Source: Gallionellales bacterium RIFCSPLOWO2_02_FULL_57_47
GTDB lineage: Bacteria; Pseudomonadota; Gammaproteobacteria; Burkholderiales; Gallionellaceae
Direction: 5' to 3'
Assembly: GCA_001801175.1 (NCBI GenBank)
Contig: MGWZ01000095.1
Span: 1-62,339 of the forward strand
Length of the DNA stretch: 62,339 nucleotides
Translations under genes and position numbers: made by a program
The notes under the pieces: model-generated
Seen by the model: only the letters and a program-made list of their open reading frames with translations
The model's database searches: none
Told to the model about the DNA's origin: nothing
Shown here: one piece after another, positions 46,433 to 56,429 of the stretch
How the letters are laid out: each line of letters opens with the position of its first letter
Numbering within the stretch: the stretch's first letter is position 1

Positions 46433-46711
46433 CTAATAATGGTACCGGCAGGACAACACAAAAAGCATTCCATCCTCAACCAGATAAACCAAGCGATGTT
46501 CTTTTGTGATGCGGCGCGACCAAGATCCAGACAGTTCGTACTTCAACGGCTCCGGCTTCCCAATTCCTGAAAACGGTGTGTCTCTACAATTATCTATCAG
46601 CTTATTGATGCGATTAAGCACTTTCTGATCGTTTGCGCTCCACCAAGCGACATCTTCGTTCGCTTGGTCAGTCATGAACAGGTCAAGCCGCTTGTTTTTT
46701 GCGGCGTTCAA
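46433..46711 (-). CDS. yoeB: Txe/YoeB family toxin
   Basis: PF.GIGKPEPLK, WSRRI..EHRLVY, RYHY; start uncertain (TTG 46711 or the downstream in-frame ATG). Confidence 0.92.
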   Translation of the reverse strand: MNAAKNKRLDLFMTDQANEDVAWWSANDQKVLNRINKLIDNCRDTPFSGIGKPEPLKYELSGSWSRRITKEHRLVYLVEDGMLFVLSCRYHY

Positions 46712-46934
46712 TTTCAGCCTCTGCCTGTTTTTTTGCACTCAGCAGACGCTTTGCGTTTTCCGGTGAGCTTAACAGGTGCACAGTATCGTTGCGTGCTTCC
46801 CACTCCGACTCTGGAACGATTACAACATTTTTTCCATCGGCGCGAGTAATGGTGATAGGTTCATCATTATCGTAAACACGCTCGATGATTTCACCGAGTT
46901 TTTTTCTAAGTTGTGAAAATGCGATTGCAGTCAT
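46683..46934 (-). CDS. yefM: Phd/YefM family antitoxin
   Basis: FSQLRKKL..IIERV, ITR, T.HLLSSPENAKRL. Confidence 0.9.
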   Translation of the reverse strand: MTAIAFSQLRKKLGEIIERVYDNDEPITITRADGKNVVIVPESEWEARNDTVHLLSSPENAKRLLSAKKQAEAEIERRKKQAA

Positions 46935-47088
46935 GGCGGCCTCCTGATCCTTTATGTGAAGGAAATACTACCACGATCCGCCCGGTCTGCATTTCCTTTG
47001 TAATTCGATAACCAGCTCTAACGGGGACAACGGGGTCTAGCAAAGATGCAACCATTGCCACTGTTGGTGCTTGGCATGGCGTTTCCTG

Positions 47089-47796
47089 CTACCCGCACAA
47101 TCCACTTACCCATCTGGTATAGAGCTGCACCGCTACATCCCGCATGCGTGGCAGTTCGTCCGCCACTCGCCGCTGAATCTCGCTCACCGATTGCACTGCG
47201 GGACTGGCTCTGCTGGCTTCCACTTCATCCGCACCCACCGCGCACCAGTTCGCGATCATTTCGGCAGTCATTTCGACGTGGCATTGCAGCGCGAGGTGTT
47301 TGCCGATAGCGTAGGCCTGATTGGCGCAGTACTCGCTGGACAGCAGGTGAGTCGCGCCTTGGGGCAGCGAGAAGGTTTCGCCGTGCCAGTGGAAGGCTGG
47401 GAAATTTTTTATATCGCCAAACCAGTTGCGTGCGATGTCGTTGTCCGCCACCGTCACTTCGCCCCAGCCGATTTCTTTTACCGGATTGCGCGCCACCACG
47501 CCGCCCAATGCCTTCGAGATCAGTTGCCCGCCGAGGCAATGCCCCAACACGGGAATATCTTTAGTTACCGCCTCGCGGATCAATGCCAGCACCGGCGGTA
47601 TCCACGGCAGGTCGTCGTTGACGCTCATCGGTCCGCCCATGAACACCAGGCCGGCATAAGCCGATGCGCTTTGCGGCACGGCATCTCCAGAATCGATGGC
47701 GATCAACTGCCAGGGGATTTTTCGCTCGTCGAGGAATTCGGCCAGGTAGCCGGGGCCTTCGGTAGGTGTGTGGCGGAAGATGGCGATGGGTTTCAT
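47089..47796 (-). CDS. Class I glutamine amidotransferase
   Basis: GGPMSV, GHCLG.Q, WHGETF, QCHVE triad. Confidence 0.9.
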   Translation of the reverse strand: MKPIAIFRHTPTEGPGYLAEFLDERKIPWQLIAIDSGDAVPQSASAYAGLVFMGGPMSVNDDLPWIPPVLALIREAVTKDIPVLGHCLGGQLISKALGGVVARNPVKEIGWGEVTVADNDIARNWFGDIKNFPAFHWHGETFSLPQGATHLLSSEYCANQAYAIGKHLALQCHVEMTAEMIANWCAVGADEVEASRASPAVQSVSEIQRRVADELPRMRDVAVQLYTRWVSGLCG

Positions 47797-47799
47797 ATC

Positions 47800-47890
47800 A
47801 GGGTTGAGGGTTGAGGGTTGAGGGTTGAGGATTGAGCTAAAAAACGGAGCAGAGGGGTTTCTCAATCCTCGCTCCTCGATCCTCAATCCT
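47800..47890. repeat. Inverted heptamer tandem-repeat pair
   Basis: (AGGGTTG)4 AGGATTG at 47800-47834 and ctcaatcct-cgctcct-cgatcct-caatcct at 47861-47890. Confidence 0.85.
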
Positions 47891-48686
47891 TAGTTTTATC
47901 GCGTTCAATCAAAGCGTAGGCGGAGTGATTGTGGATCGATTCAAAATTTTCCGACTCCACAATATAGGCGTCTATGCGTTCATCCGCATTCAGCACCGCC
48001 GCCACGTCGCGCACCATATCCTCGACAAACTTGGGATTGTCGTAGGCGCGTTCGGTGACGAATTTTTCATCGGGCCGCTTCAGCAAACCGAACAACTCGC
48101 AGGAAGCCTGCTCTTCGGCGATGCGTATCACATCCTCGACCCAGACAAAACGGTTGGTGCGCAGCGTGAGCGTGACGTGCGAGCGCTGGTTGTGCGCGCC
48201 GCGGTCGGAAATTTTCTTCGAGCATGGGCACAGGCTGGTGACGGGCACGACCACCTTCATCGTGAACCGGGGATCGCCGCCGTTGCATTCGCCGATGAAA
48301 GTCACGTCGTAATCCAGCAGGCTTTTCACGCCGGATACCGGCGCGGTCTTGTTGACGAAATAGGGGAAATTCATTTCGATGAAGCCGGACTGCGCCTCCA
48401 GCCGCACCACCATTTCGCGCAGGATGGTGCCGAACGATTCCGCCGAAATCTCCCGCTCATGTTCATTGAGTATCTCGACGAAACGCGACATGTGAGTGCC
48501 TTTGAAATTGTGCGGCAGATGCACATACATATTGAAAGTGGCGACCGTGTGCTGCACGCCGATACTCTTGTCCTTTACCTTCACCGGATGGCGAATGCCT
48601 TTGATGCCGACGCGATTGATGGCCAGGTGGCGTATATCAACCGAGCTTTGCACATCGGCGATAGGTTTGGGTTTAGGGGCATTCAT
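47883..48686 (-). CDS. folE2: GTP cyclohydrolase IB
   Basis: KGTHMSR, TSLCPCS, AHNQR, ESIHNH. Confidence 0.95.
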   Translation of the reverse strand: MNAPKPKPIADVQSSVDIRHLAINRVGIKGIRHPVKVKDKSIGVQHTVATFNMYVHLPHNFKGTHMSRFVEILNEHEREISAESFGTILREMVVRLEAQSGFIEMNFPYFVNKTAPVSGVKSLLDYDVTFIGECNGGDPRFTMKVVVPVTSLCPCSKKISDRGAHNQRSHVTLTLRTNRFVWVEDVIRIAEEQASCELFGLLKRPDEKFVTERAYDNPKFVEDMVRDVAAVLNADERIDAYIVESENFESIHNHSAYALIERDKTKD

Positions 48687-48719
48687 GGCGAAACTCCTCT
48701 TGAGTTGCGGGTGTGCTGA

Positions 48720-48725
48720 ATTATA
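48720..48725 (-). promoter_or_regulatory. Candidate -10 box (TATAAT) for folE2
   Basis: TATAAT on the minus strand in the dxs-folE2 gap, upstream of an AGGAG RBS. Confidence 0.3.
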
Positions 48726-48741
48726 GTCAATCCCGACTAAT

Positions 48742-50610
48742 TTAGTCGGCCAATCTTTTTTCGATGCTTGTAACCAGCCCCTTGGCATCCAGGCCGCAGC
48801 CCGTCAGCATCTGTCCATGCTCGCCCTGTTCGATGAAACTATCCGGCAAACCGAGTTGCAGCAGTGCAGCGGTGACGCCGTGCTGTTGCAGGCATTCCGC
48901 CACCGCGCTGCCCGCGCCGCCCTGCACGGTATTTTCTTCCACGGTGACCAGCAGCTCATGTTCACGCGCAAGGCGCAGCACCAGTTCTGCATCCAGCGGC
49001 TTGATGAAGCGCATATTGGCAACGCTGGCATCGAGCTGCTCGCCGGCCGCCAGCGCCGGCGCCAGCATCGTGCCGAACGACAGGATCGCCACTTTGTGCC
49101 CGCTGCGCCGCAGCTCGCCTTTGCCTACAGGCAAGGCGCGCATCTCTTCGCTGACCGCAACACCAACTCCCTTGCCGCGCGGATAGCGCACCGCGCTCGG
49201 AGTATTCAGCCGGAACGCGGTATACAACATCTGGCGGCATTCGTCCTCGTCGGCCGGAGCCATCACCGTCATGTTGGGAATACAGCGCAAATAGGAAAGA
49301 TCGAAACTGCCCGCGTGGGTCGCGCCGTCCGCGCCGACCAGCCCGCCGCGATCAATAGCCAGCACTACCGGCAGATTCTGGATCGCGATGTCGTGAATAA
49401 GCTGATCGTAGGCGCGCTGCAAAAATGTCGAGTAAATCGCCACCACCGGCCTGTAGCCATCGCATGCCAAACCGGCGGCAAACGTCAGCGCGTGCTGTTC
49501 GGCGATGCCGACATCGAAATAGCGCGCCGGGAAGCGCTCGGCAAATTCCGCCATTCCCGACCCCTCGCACATCGCCGGAGTGATGCCAATCAGCCGTTCG
49601 TCCTGCGCCGCCATATCGCAAAGCCACTTTCCAAACACCTCGGTATAGGTGGGCTTGGCGACTTGCTCTTCGACATCGTTCAGGACAGGCTTGGCAACAA
49701 TGCCCTGGGTGCGGTCGAATTTGTTCACGCCGTGGTAGAGCAGGCAATTTTCTTCGGCCAGCGCGTAGCCTTTGCCCTTCTGCGTGACGATGTGCAGAAA
49801 CTGCGGGCCGGTCAGCTGGCGAAGATTGCTCAGGGTATCCAGCAGCACCCCCAGATCATGCCCATCGATCGGACCGATATAGTTGAAGCCGAACTCCTCG
49901 AACAAGGTGCTCGGCGTCACCATGCCTTTGACATGCTCTTCGGCGCGCTTGGCAAATTCCAGCACCGGCGGAATCCCCTTCAACACCCTCTCGCTTCCGC
50001 GCCGCATCGTTGCGTAAAAGCGTCCCGACATCAGCCTGGCCAGATAATTATTCAGCGCGCCGACCGGGCGCGAGATGGACATGTCGTTATCGTTGAGAAT
50101 GACCAGCAGGTTCGCATCCATCGCACCGGCGTTATTGAGCCCCTCGAAAGCCATCCCGCCGGTCATCGCACCGTCGCCGATGATCGCCACGGCACGCCGC
50201 TCGGAGCCTTGCAGTTGCGCCGCCACCGCCATGCCCAGCGCCGCCGAAATCGATGTGCTGGAATGCCCGGTGCCAAAGGTGTCATAAGGGCTTTCCTCAC
50301 GCTTGGGAAAACCGGAGATGCCGCCCGCCATGCGCAGCCTGCTCATTGCGTCGCGGCGCCCGGTGAGTATTTTGTGCGTGTAGGTCTGGTGCCCGACATC
50401 CCACACCAGCTTGTCTTCCGGCGTGTTGTAGATGTAATGCAGCGCGATGGTCAGTTCGACCGTTCCGAGGTTGGAGGACAAATGTCCGCCGGTCTTGCTG
50501 ACCGATTCGACCAGAAATTCGCGTAATTCACCTGCCAGTTTCGGCAATTGACCGCGGTCCAGGCTGCGCAGCTCTTCGGGGGTATTGATGGTGTCGAGCA
50601 ATGAGTACAT
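48742..50610 (-). CDS. dxs: 1-deoxy-D-xylulose-5-phosphate synthase
   Basis: [33 protein letters not shown]. Confidence 0.97.
   Translation of the reverse strand: MYSLLDTINTPEELRSLDRGQLPKLAGELREFLVESVSKTGGHLSSNLGTVELTIALHYIYNTPEDKLVWDVGHQTYTHKILTGRRDAMSRLRMAGGISGFPKREESPYDTFGTGHSSTSISAALGMAVAAQLQGSERRAVAIIGDGAMTGGMAFEGLNNAGAMDANLLVILNDNDMSISRPVGALNNYLARLMSGRFYATMRRGSERVLKGIPPVLEFAKRAEEHVKGMVTPSTLFEEFGFNYIGPIDGHDLGVLLDTLSNLRQLTGPQFLHIVTQKGKGYALAEENCLLYHGVNKFDRTQGIVAKPVLNDVEEQVAKPTYTEVFGKWLCDMAAQDERLIGITPAMCEGSGMAEFAERFPARYFDVGIAEQHALTFAAGLACDGYRPVVAIYSTFLQRAYDQLIHDIAIQNLPVVLAIDRGGLVGADGATHAGSFDLSYLRCIPNMTVMAPADEDECRQMLYTAFRLNTPSAVRYPRGKGVGVAVSEEMRALPVGKGELRRSGHKVAILSFGTMLAPALAAGEQLDASVANMRFIKPLDAELVLRLAREHELLVTVEENTVQGGAGSAVAECLQQHGVTAALLQLGLPDSFIEQGEHGQMLTGCGLDAKGLVTSIEKRLAD
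49668..49689 (-). repeat. Family B-related repeat in frame in the dxs linker (PVLNDVE)
   Basis: CCTGTCCTGAACGATGTCGAAG flanked by duplicated GTYGCCAAGCC (VAKP...VAKP). Confidence 0.55.
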
Positions 50611-51587
50611 CAGAATTTTCGCAACACGATAAAGTCGGCGAGTTCGCGCAAACGCTGCGCCGCATCGCCGAATTCGCTCAAGGTTTCCAGCGCCTCGCGA
50701 TGCAGCCGCTGCGCCATGTCGCGCGCGCCCTGTATGCCCAGCAGACTGACGTAGGTCGGCTTGTCGTTGTCGGCGTCCTTGCCCGCCGTTTTGCCCAGCG
50801 TGGCGGTGTCCGCCTCGCAGTCCAGCACATCGTCCACCACCTGGAACGCCAGACCGATCAGCTTGCCGAAATGATCCAGTTTATTCATCTGCATGGCTCC
50901 CAGGCCCGAACCGCAATGCGCGCCCAGCATGATCGCCGCGCGGATCAGCGCGCCGGTCTTGTGGATGTGCATGAATTCCAGCTCGGGTAGCGTGAGTGCT
51001 TTGCCCACGCTGGCCAGATCGATCGCCTGGCCGCCCGCCATGCCGCGCGAACCGGAAGCCACCGCCAGCAGCTTGATCATTTCCAGCTGACGCGCCGCAT
51101 CGTCGTTAGCGTGAAACTCGCGCAGCGATTCGTTTGCCCCCTCGCCCGCCTGCGGGAGAGGGTTGGGGTGAGGGAAACGGGCATGCCCGTTCAGGCGATG
51201 TTCCGCCAGCAGCTGAAACGCCAGCGCCTGCAGGCTGTCGCCGACCAGTAGCGCGGTCGCATCGTCATACTGCACATGGCAAGTCGGCTTGCCGCGGCGA
51301 AGCACATCGTCGTCCATGCACGGCATATCGTCGTGCACCAGTGAATAGGCGTGTATCAGCTCGACGGCAGCGGCAACGATATCCACGCGCGCCACCTCCG
51401 CGCCGACCAGTTCGCCCGCGGCGAACGCCAGCAGCGGGCGCACCCGCTTGCCGCCATCAAGCACCGCATAGCGCATCGCTTCATGCAACCGCTGTGGCGC
51501 GACTTCTGCGCGCGGCAGCAACCCGCGCAGCACATCCTCGAAGCGCGCCTGGTGGGAGGCGACCCAGCTTTGAAAATCAGCGCGCAT
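50610..51587 (-). CDS. ispA: Farnesyl diphosphate synthase with 28-aa insert
   Basis: [31 protein letters not shown]. Confidence 0.95.
   Translation of the reverse strand: MRADFQSWVASHQARFEDVLRGLLPRAEVAPQRLHEAMRYAVLDGGKRVRPLLAFAAGELVGAEVARVDIVAAAVELIHAYSLVHDDMPCMDDDVLRRGKPTCHVQYDDATALLVGDSLQALAFQLLAEHRLNGHARFPHPNPLPQAGEGANESLREFHANDDAARQLEMIKLLAVASGSRGMAGGQAIDLASVGKALTLPELEFMHIHKTGALIRAAIMLGAHCGSGLGAMQMNKLDHFGKLIGLAFQVVDDVLDCEADTATLGKTAGKDADNDKPTYVSLLGIQGARDMAQRLHREALETLSEFGDAAQRLRELADFIVLRKF
51105..51188. repeat. 84-bp in-frame insert in ispA containing a family A palindrome
   Basis: CCCTCACCCCAACCCTCTCCCGCAGGCGGGCGAGGGG on the minus strand, plus a TGAAACTCGC-containing segment. Confidence 0.8.
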
Positions 51588-51868
51588 CAAAGCTGCCCTG
51601 AACCTGTCGAAGTGATCTGCCCAGTCTCACTATTGGTGGAAAATTCTTTCAGCACGCCATTCTCCAGCACACTCACCTGCTGCTGCGCGTCTTCAAGGCG
51701 GCCCCGGCAGAACGACAGCAATTCCGTGCCGCGCTTATAGGCTGCCAGCGAATCTTCCAGCGACAACTTGCCTGCCTCCATATCGGCGACAATCTGCTCA
51801 AGCTCGGCCATTGCCGACTCGAAGCCAACTGTTTTTTGCGCCCCTGACTTCTTTAATTGGCCAGCCAT
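51587..51868 (-). CDS. xseB: Exodeoxyribonuclease VII small subunit
   Basis: FE.AM.ELE.IV..ME.G.LSLE.SL..Y.RG. Confidence 0.95.
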   Translation of the reverse strand: MAGQLKKSGAQKTVGFESAMAELEQIVADMEAGKLSLEDSLAAYKRGTELLSFCRGRLEDAQQQVSVLENGVLKEFSTNSETGQITSTGSGQL

Positions 51869-52162
51869 AACAGCCTCTGCAAAGGAAAGGCCGCTATTTT
51901 ACCTAACGCACCCTGACTGAGCCAATTTATATTGCCCCGTGCAAGAAATTCGGGGAAAATCCGCGCCCCACTTAACTCATAAATCGTAACTTCTCACCAC
52001 GAAGCTCACTAAGGAGCGAAGATAAAAATGGATCCGTTCTTTAATCAGCCTTTACGTAGATTGGGCTCGCTATGCTATGCCCAGCGCACTGTGTGTAATC
52101 AATTGTGACGCGTATCGTCAAAAACATCGTTCCCATGCTCCGCCTAAAAACGACAAGAATAG

Positions 52163-52188
52163 TCCCTCTCCCGCAGGCGGGAGAGGGA
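52163..52188. repeat. Family A hairpin upstream of the DMT gene
   Basis: TCCCTCTCCCGC-ag-GCGGGAGAGGGA. Confidence 0.75.
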
Positions 52189-52208
52189 GCCATCATGAAC
52201 AGCGCCCT

Positions 52209-53048
52209 ATGAAATCCTCCTGGATGCTGGTCGCCGGATTGCTGTTCGGCGGCATGGGCGTATTCGTCAAGCTCGGCGCCCCGTATTTCTCGTATGTTGA
52301 ACTGGTTTTCTACCGCTCGTTCTTCGGCCTGCTGCTGTCGTATGTTATTTTGCGCCAACAGCGCGACAGCATCGCCACACGCCACTGGCGCACCCACCTG
52401 TGGCGCGGCATTTCCGGCTCTGTCGCGCTGGCGTTGTTTTTCTACTGCATTACCGTATTGCCGCTCGCCACCGCCGTCACGCTCAACTACACCGCGCCGC
52501 TGTTTCTGACCGTCTTCACGATGCTGGTGCTCAAGGACAAATTCCACCTGCCGCTGACCATTGCCATCGCACTGGGGTTCTGCGGCGTGGTGCTGCTGCT
52601 GCGCCCCACATTGCAGCAGGAGCAACTGCTGCCCGGCCTGCTCGGCCTGATCTCCGGCTTCCTCGCCGGAATCGCCTATCTCAACGTCAAACAGCTCGGC
52701 ATGATCGGCGAACCGGACACGCGCACGGTGTTTTATTTCAGCCTGACCGCGTCCATCGGCAGCGGCGTATGGATACTGTTCGATACCGTGCACCCGGTCA
52801 CGCTGCAAGGCTTCGCGATCCTGCTCGGGCTGGGCAGCACCGCCACCCTCGCGCAACTCGCGATGACCCGCGCCTACCGCACCGGCAAAACGCTGGTGGT
52901 CGGCAGTCTGGCCTACAGCACCATCATATTTGCCAGCCTGTTCGGCATGTTGTTGTGGGGCGAAACCCTGCCGCTGAGCAGCTGGCTGGGCATGGCGTTC
53001 ATCATCGCCGGCGGTGTGCTAAGCTTACGGCTGAGCCCAAAGCATTAA
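52209..53048 (+). CDS. DMT/EamA family transporter
   Basis: About ten TM helices in a duplicated EamA pattern (VFYRS, LNYTAPLF). Confidence 0.88.
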   Translation: MKSSWMLVAGLLFGGMGVFVKLGAPYFSYVELVFYRSFFGLLLSYVILRQQRDSIATRHWRTHLWRGISGSVALALFFYCITVLPLATAVTLNYTAPLFLTVFTMLVLKDKFHLPLTIAIALGFCGVVLLLRPTLQQEQLLPGLLGLISGFLAGIAYLNVKQLGMIGEPDTRTVFYFSLTASIGSGVWILFDTVHPVTLQGFAILLGLGSTATLAQLAMTRAYRTGKTLVVGSLAYSTIIFASLFGMLLWGETLPLSSWLGMAFIIAGGVLSLRLSPKH

Positions 53049-53066
53049 TAAAGGAAGAAAAAGAAA

Positions 53067-53414
53067 ATGATCACCATCGAACAAACCGACAACCTCGTCA
53101 ACGTCGCCGTGCTCGGCGAATTCACCCTCTCCGACTTCAAGACATTCGAGGAACAATCCCTCTACAAACTGAAAATGCCCGGCACCGTGAACCTGCTGTT
53201 CGATCTGCGCGCGATGATCGACTATACCGTCGACGTGGCGTGGGAGGAAATCAAATTCTTCAGCCGCGAACACAACCACGACTTCAACAAGATCGCCGTC
53301 GTCACCGACGACCAATGGATCACCTGGCAGGCCTGGCTGTCGCGCATCTTCATCGACGCCGATATCGAGGTGTTCAACGATTACGATGAGGCGCTGGCTT
53401 GGGTTCAAACATAA
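53067..53414 (+). CDS. SpoIIAA-like (STAS/SEC14) protein
   Basis: LLFD, KIAVVTD, EVF...EALAWV. Confidence 0.8.
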   Translation: MITIEQTDNLVNVAVLGEFTLSDFKTFEEQSLYKLKMPGTVNLLFDLRAMIDYTVDVAWEEIKFFSREHNHDFNKIAVVTDDQWITWQAWLSRIFIDADIEVFNDYDEALAWVQT

Positions 53415-53450
53415 CTTGACGAATGCCAGCTTATGCACCGAGAAGCAAGC

Positions 53451-53536
53451 GTAGCCCGGATGAAATGCAATGGAATCCGGGACACTCTCGGATACGCCAC
53501 CGCCCCCCGGATTCCGCCTGGCTTCATCCGGGCTAC
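53451..53536. repeat. GTAG-type REP doublet
   Basis: GTAGCCCGGATGAA..GGAATCCGGG and CCCGGATTCC..TTCATCCGGGCTAC. Confidence 0.85.
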
Positions 53537-53568
53537 ATCAACGCTAATGACCGGAGCACTTCACCATC

Positions 53569-54261
53569 ATGGCCATTCTCCTCATCATCACCCTAATATT
53601 GAGCATCACGCTGCTGATCGTCTGGCTGCGCTGGCGGCAGGCGGTGCGGGCGGACTACATCCGCACTTACATGTTTCCGCCGGGGATATTCGCGAAACTT
53701 CAAGCCAGGCGGCCCGAGCTGTCCCTCAAGGATTGCCAGTTGACGGCGCGCGCTCTGCGCCAGTTCTTTCTGGCTTACTTGAAGGGCGGCCGCCAGTTCG
53801 TCGCGATGCCATCGCAGGTTGCGGGTTACCTGTGGCATGAGCTGACGCAGTATCCGCGGCACTACAAGGCGTTCTGCGACCAGGCGTTCGGGCGCTTCAT
53901 GCACCACACGCCGGCCATTGCGCTGGGCACGGACAGGCAGGATAACGCCGGTTTGCGCCGCACCTGGCGGCACACGTGCATCGACGAGAACATCGATCCC
54001 CGCAACCCTTTGCGTTTGCCGCTGCTTTTCGCGCTGGACGCCAAACTGAACATCCCCAATGGTTTTCGCTACGCGCCGAAACGCGAAACTTCGCGGCAGG
54101 GCGGGGATCATGGCGGTAGTGGTGGCGACGGCGGATCTACTTGCTACGGCGAAGACTTCTCCAGTACAAGTTATGATGGCTGCACGGACGGGATGAGCGA
54201 TTCGTCTTCGGGCGATGGCTGCGGCGACGGAGGTGGTGGCGACGGGGGCGGCGGGGATTGA
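53569..54261 (+). CDS. Membrane-anchored glycine-rich-domain (GRDP-like) protein
   Basis: N-terminal TM, MPSQV...WH...Y..FC...FG.F.HH.P core, Gly/Asp/Cys tail. Confidence 0.7.
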   Translation: MAILLIITLILSITLLIVWLRWRQAVRADYIRTYMFPPGIFAKLQARRPELSLKDCQLTARALRQFFLAYLKGGRQFVAMPSQVAGYLWHELTQYPRHYKAFCDQAFGRFMHHTPAIALGTDRQDNAGLRRTWRHTCIDENIDPRNPLRLPLLFALDAKLNIPNGFRYAPKRETSRQGGDHGGSGGDGGSTCYGEDFSSTSYDGCTDGMSDSSSGDGCGDGGGGDGGGGD

Positions 54262-54289
54262 GCTTGCGCCTTCAATGTGACTCGTTATT

Positions 54290-54344
54290 GTAACGAGCGG
54301 GCCATGCCCGCGATAACACTGTCGCGGGCATGGCCCGCTCCTGC
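54290..54344. repeat. GTAG-type REP doublet (degenerate ends)
   Basis: GAGCGGGCCATGCCCGCGA-taacactg-TCGCGGGCATGGCCCGCTC. Confidence 0.75.
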
Positions 54345-54359
54345 ACACACCCGCCCAAC

Positions 54360-54388
54360 AAAAAACCCGCCAAGGCGGGTTTTTCTTT
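54360..54388. terminator. Bidirectional intrinsic terminator
   Basis: AAAAAACCCGCC-aa-GGCGGGTTTTT between convergent genes. Confidence 0.8.
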
Positions 54389-54423
54389 GTGCCAAGCATT
54401 CCTTGGCTGGAAACCTTGCCGGA

Positions 54424-54582
54424 TTACTTCAGCTTGGTTTCCTTGTACATGACATGCTTGCGTACCTTGGGATCGAATTTCTTCATTTCGATCTTTTCCG
54501 GCATGGTGCGCTTGTTCTTGGTCGTGGTGTAGAAATGTCCGGTACCTGCACTGGATTCCAATTTAATTTTTTCGCGAGCCAT
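54424..54582 (-). CDS. rpmG: 50S ribosomal protein L33 (not in ORF track)
   Basis: [52 protein letters not shown]. Confidence 0.96.
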   Translation of the reverse strand: MAREKIKLESSAGTGHFYTTTKNKRTMPEKIEMKKFDPKVRKHVMYKETKLK

Positions 54583-54593
54583 TTTCTATCTCC

Positions 54594-54830
54594 TTAGATG
54601 TTTTCGCCGCGTGCGCGCATTTCTGCCAGCACTGCGTCGATACCATTCTTGTCTATGGTGCGCAGTGCCGCGTTGGTCAATCGCATGCTGACCCAGCGGT
54701 TTTCGCTCTCAACCCAGAAGCGGCGGCGTTGCAGGTTAGGCAAAAAACGGCGCTTGGTTTTGTTGTTCGCATGGGAAATATTGTTCCCGCTCATCGGGGC
54801 TTTTCCCGTTACTTGACAGACACGTGCCAT
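54594..54830 (-). CDS. rpmB: 50S ribosomal protein L28
   Basis: [30 protein letters not shown]. Confidence 0.97.
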   Translation of the reverse strand: MARVCQVTGKAPMSGNNISHANNKTKRRFLPNLQRRRFWVESENRWVSMRLTNAALRTIDKNGIDAVLAEMRARGENI

Positions 54831-54946
54831 GGCTCTACTCCAACCGATTTCAAAAGAGCGCGGATTCTACCGAAGGAATCCGCAATGTTCAACCGGTATT
54901 TTGACTGGACTTGGCGACTGCCTGCGAAAAGCACGGCGTTCAACCT

Positions 54947-55183
54947 TTATTTCCCCGGTGTTTTGCCCGGTGTATTGATATACCAACCCTGTGACGCATT
55001 GGCAATTTTCACCACCAGCAGCATCACCGGCACCTCGTTCAGCACGCCGACCTGGATGTTTACCCTGGCGACTTCCAGGCTGGCGACGGCCTGAAACACG
55101 CCCGGCAGGAATTGCCCGAGCAGCATCCCGGTGATGATGCACAGCGCGACCCAGACGGTCAGATAGCGTTCGAACAGATTCAT
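54947..55183 (-). pseudogene. acr3: ACR3 arsenite efflux permease with large in-frame internal deletion
   Basis: ACR3 N-terminus (FERYLTVWVALCI) fused to its C-terminus (VGVL.EVPVML). Confidence 0.8.
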
Positions 55184-55187
55184 GGCG

Positions 55188-55513
55188 TCAGTCCTTGATT
55201 TGGCCGATCTCGGCGAGTCTCTGCTTCAGCGTGAGCTTGTCCAGCTTCCCTATCGGCAGGCTCATGAACAACTGGATGCGCCTGGGACGGCGAACTCGTC
55301 CCAGCTTTTGCTGCGCAGCCCTGCGGTGCTGTAGCCCTGCTGTTGCAGCCACTCCAAGGCTCCCGGATTGACCTGTCCGGCAGGTTGGCAGCCCGCGCTG
55401 CAGGCCTTGAACTTGCCCTTGCCCAATGTATTGAACAGCACCTCGGCCAGGATGCTGCGCGCGGAATTGCCGGTACACAGCTCCAGCACGTTGTAAGGTT
55501 TGCCTTGCTGCAT
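55188..55513 (-). pseudogene. arsC: LMW-PTP-type arsenate reductase, internally deleted and frameshifted
   Basis: CTGNSARS and RSKSWDEF in one frame, C-terminal [13 protein letters not shown] in another. Confidence 0.82.
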
Positions 55514-55525
55514 TTGATAATTTCG

Positions 55526-56425
55526 CTATGTATGGCTGGACAGGGCACATATCCCGGCATCAGTCTCGATCTGGATGGTGGCATGTTTGATGGCAAAGTT
55601 GTCGCGCAACTCCCCGGCTACGCGGTTGAGGAAATCATCTCCCGGGTTTCCGCTACACGTGACCAGATGCACGGTCAGGGCAGTCTCGGACGTGCTCATC
55701 GCCCAAACATGCAGGTCATGCACGGCGCTGACTTCGGGCAGCGCGGACAGGTAATTCCTCACGGCATCCAGTTCGATCGAGGCGGGTACGCCATCCAGCG
55801 AGAGATGCAGCGAGTGGCGCAGCAGGTCCCAGGTGCCCCATAGAATCACCAGCGCAATCAGCAGGCTGATGGCCGGGTCCAGCCACATCCAGCCGGTGAC
55901 GATGAACAGCGCGCCGATGATGACCACGCCCACCGACACCAGCGCATCCGCCGCCATGTGCAGAAATGCGCCGCGCAGATTGAGATCGTCCTTGCTGCCG
56001 GACATGAACAGCCATGCGGTGATGCCGTTAATCACCACGCCGGCAGCCGCCACCGCCATGACCGTGCCGCCCTGCATCGGAACGGGATGATTGAATCGGG
56101 CGATGGCTTCCCACGCAATGCCGCCGATGGCGACCAGCAGAATCAGCGCATTGAACAAAGCGGCCATGATCGTGGCACGCCCCAGGCCATAAGTGTGTTT
56201 GCGGTTTGGGCGCAACTTGCCCAGATAAAAGCCTCCCCACGCGATCATCAACCCGAGCACATCGCTCAGGTTGTGCCCCGCATCGGAAAGCAGCGCGAGT
56301 GAGCCGGCCTGCCATCCGTAGAATGCTTCGATCAGCACAAAACCTGTGTTGAGCGCGATGCCGACGGCAAAGGCGCGCCCGAAATCTTTCGGCGCGTGTG
56401 CATGATTATGGTGGTCTTGATTCAT
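55526..56425 (-). CDS. Cation diffusion facilitator (CzcD/ZitB-like)
   Basis: His-rich N-terminus, SLALLSDAGHNLSD, NLRGAFLHM.AD, HDLHVW. Confidence 0.92.
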   Translation of the reverse strand: MNQDHHNHAHAPKDFGRAFAVGIALNTGFVLIEAFYGWQAGSLALLSDAGHNLSDVLGLMIAWGGFYLGKLRPNRKHTYGLGRATIMAALFNALILLVAIGGIAWEAIARFNHPVPMQGGTVMAVAAAGVVINGITAWLFMSGSKDDLNLRGAFLHMAADALVSVGVVIIGALFIVTGWMWLDPAISLLIALVILWGTWDLLRHSLHLSLDGVPASIELDAVRNYLSALPEVSAVHDLHVWAMSTSETALTVHLVTCSGNPGDDFLNRVAGELRDNFAIKHATIQIETDAGICALSSHT

Positions 56426-56429
56426 CGCA

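Noticed and set aside
52010-52110. AAGGAG followed by a 26-codon ORF (MDPFFNQ...) and a weak GTAG hairpin
   Set aside because: Too short, long RBS spacing and no recognisable homology; possibly a remnant but unsupported
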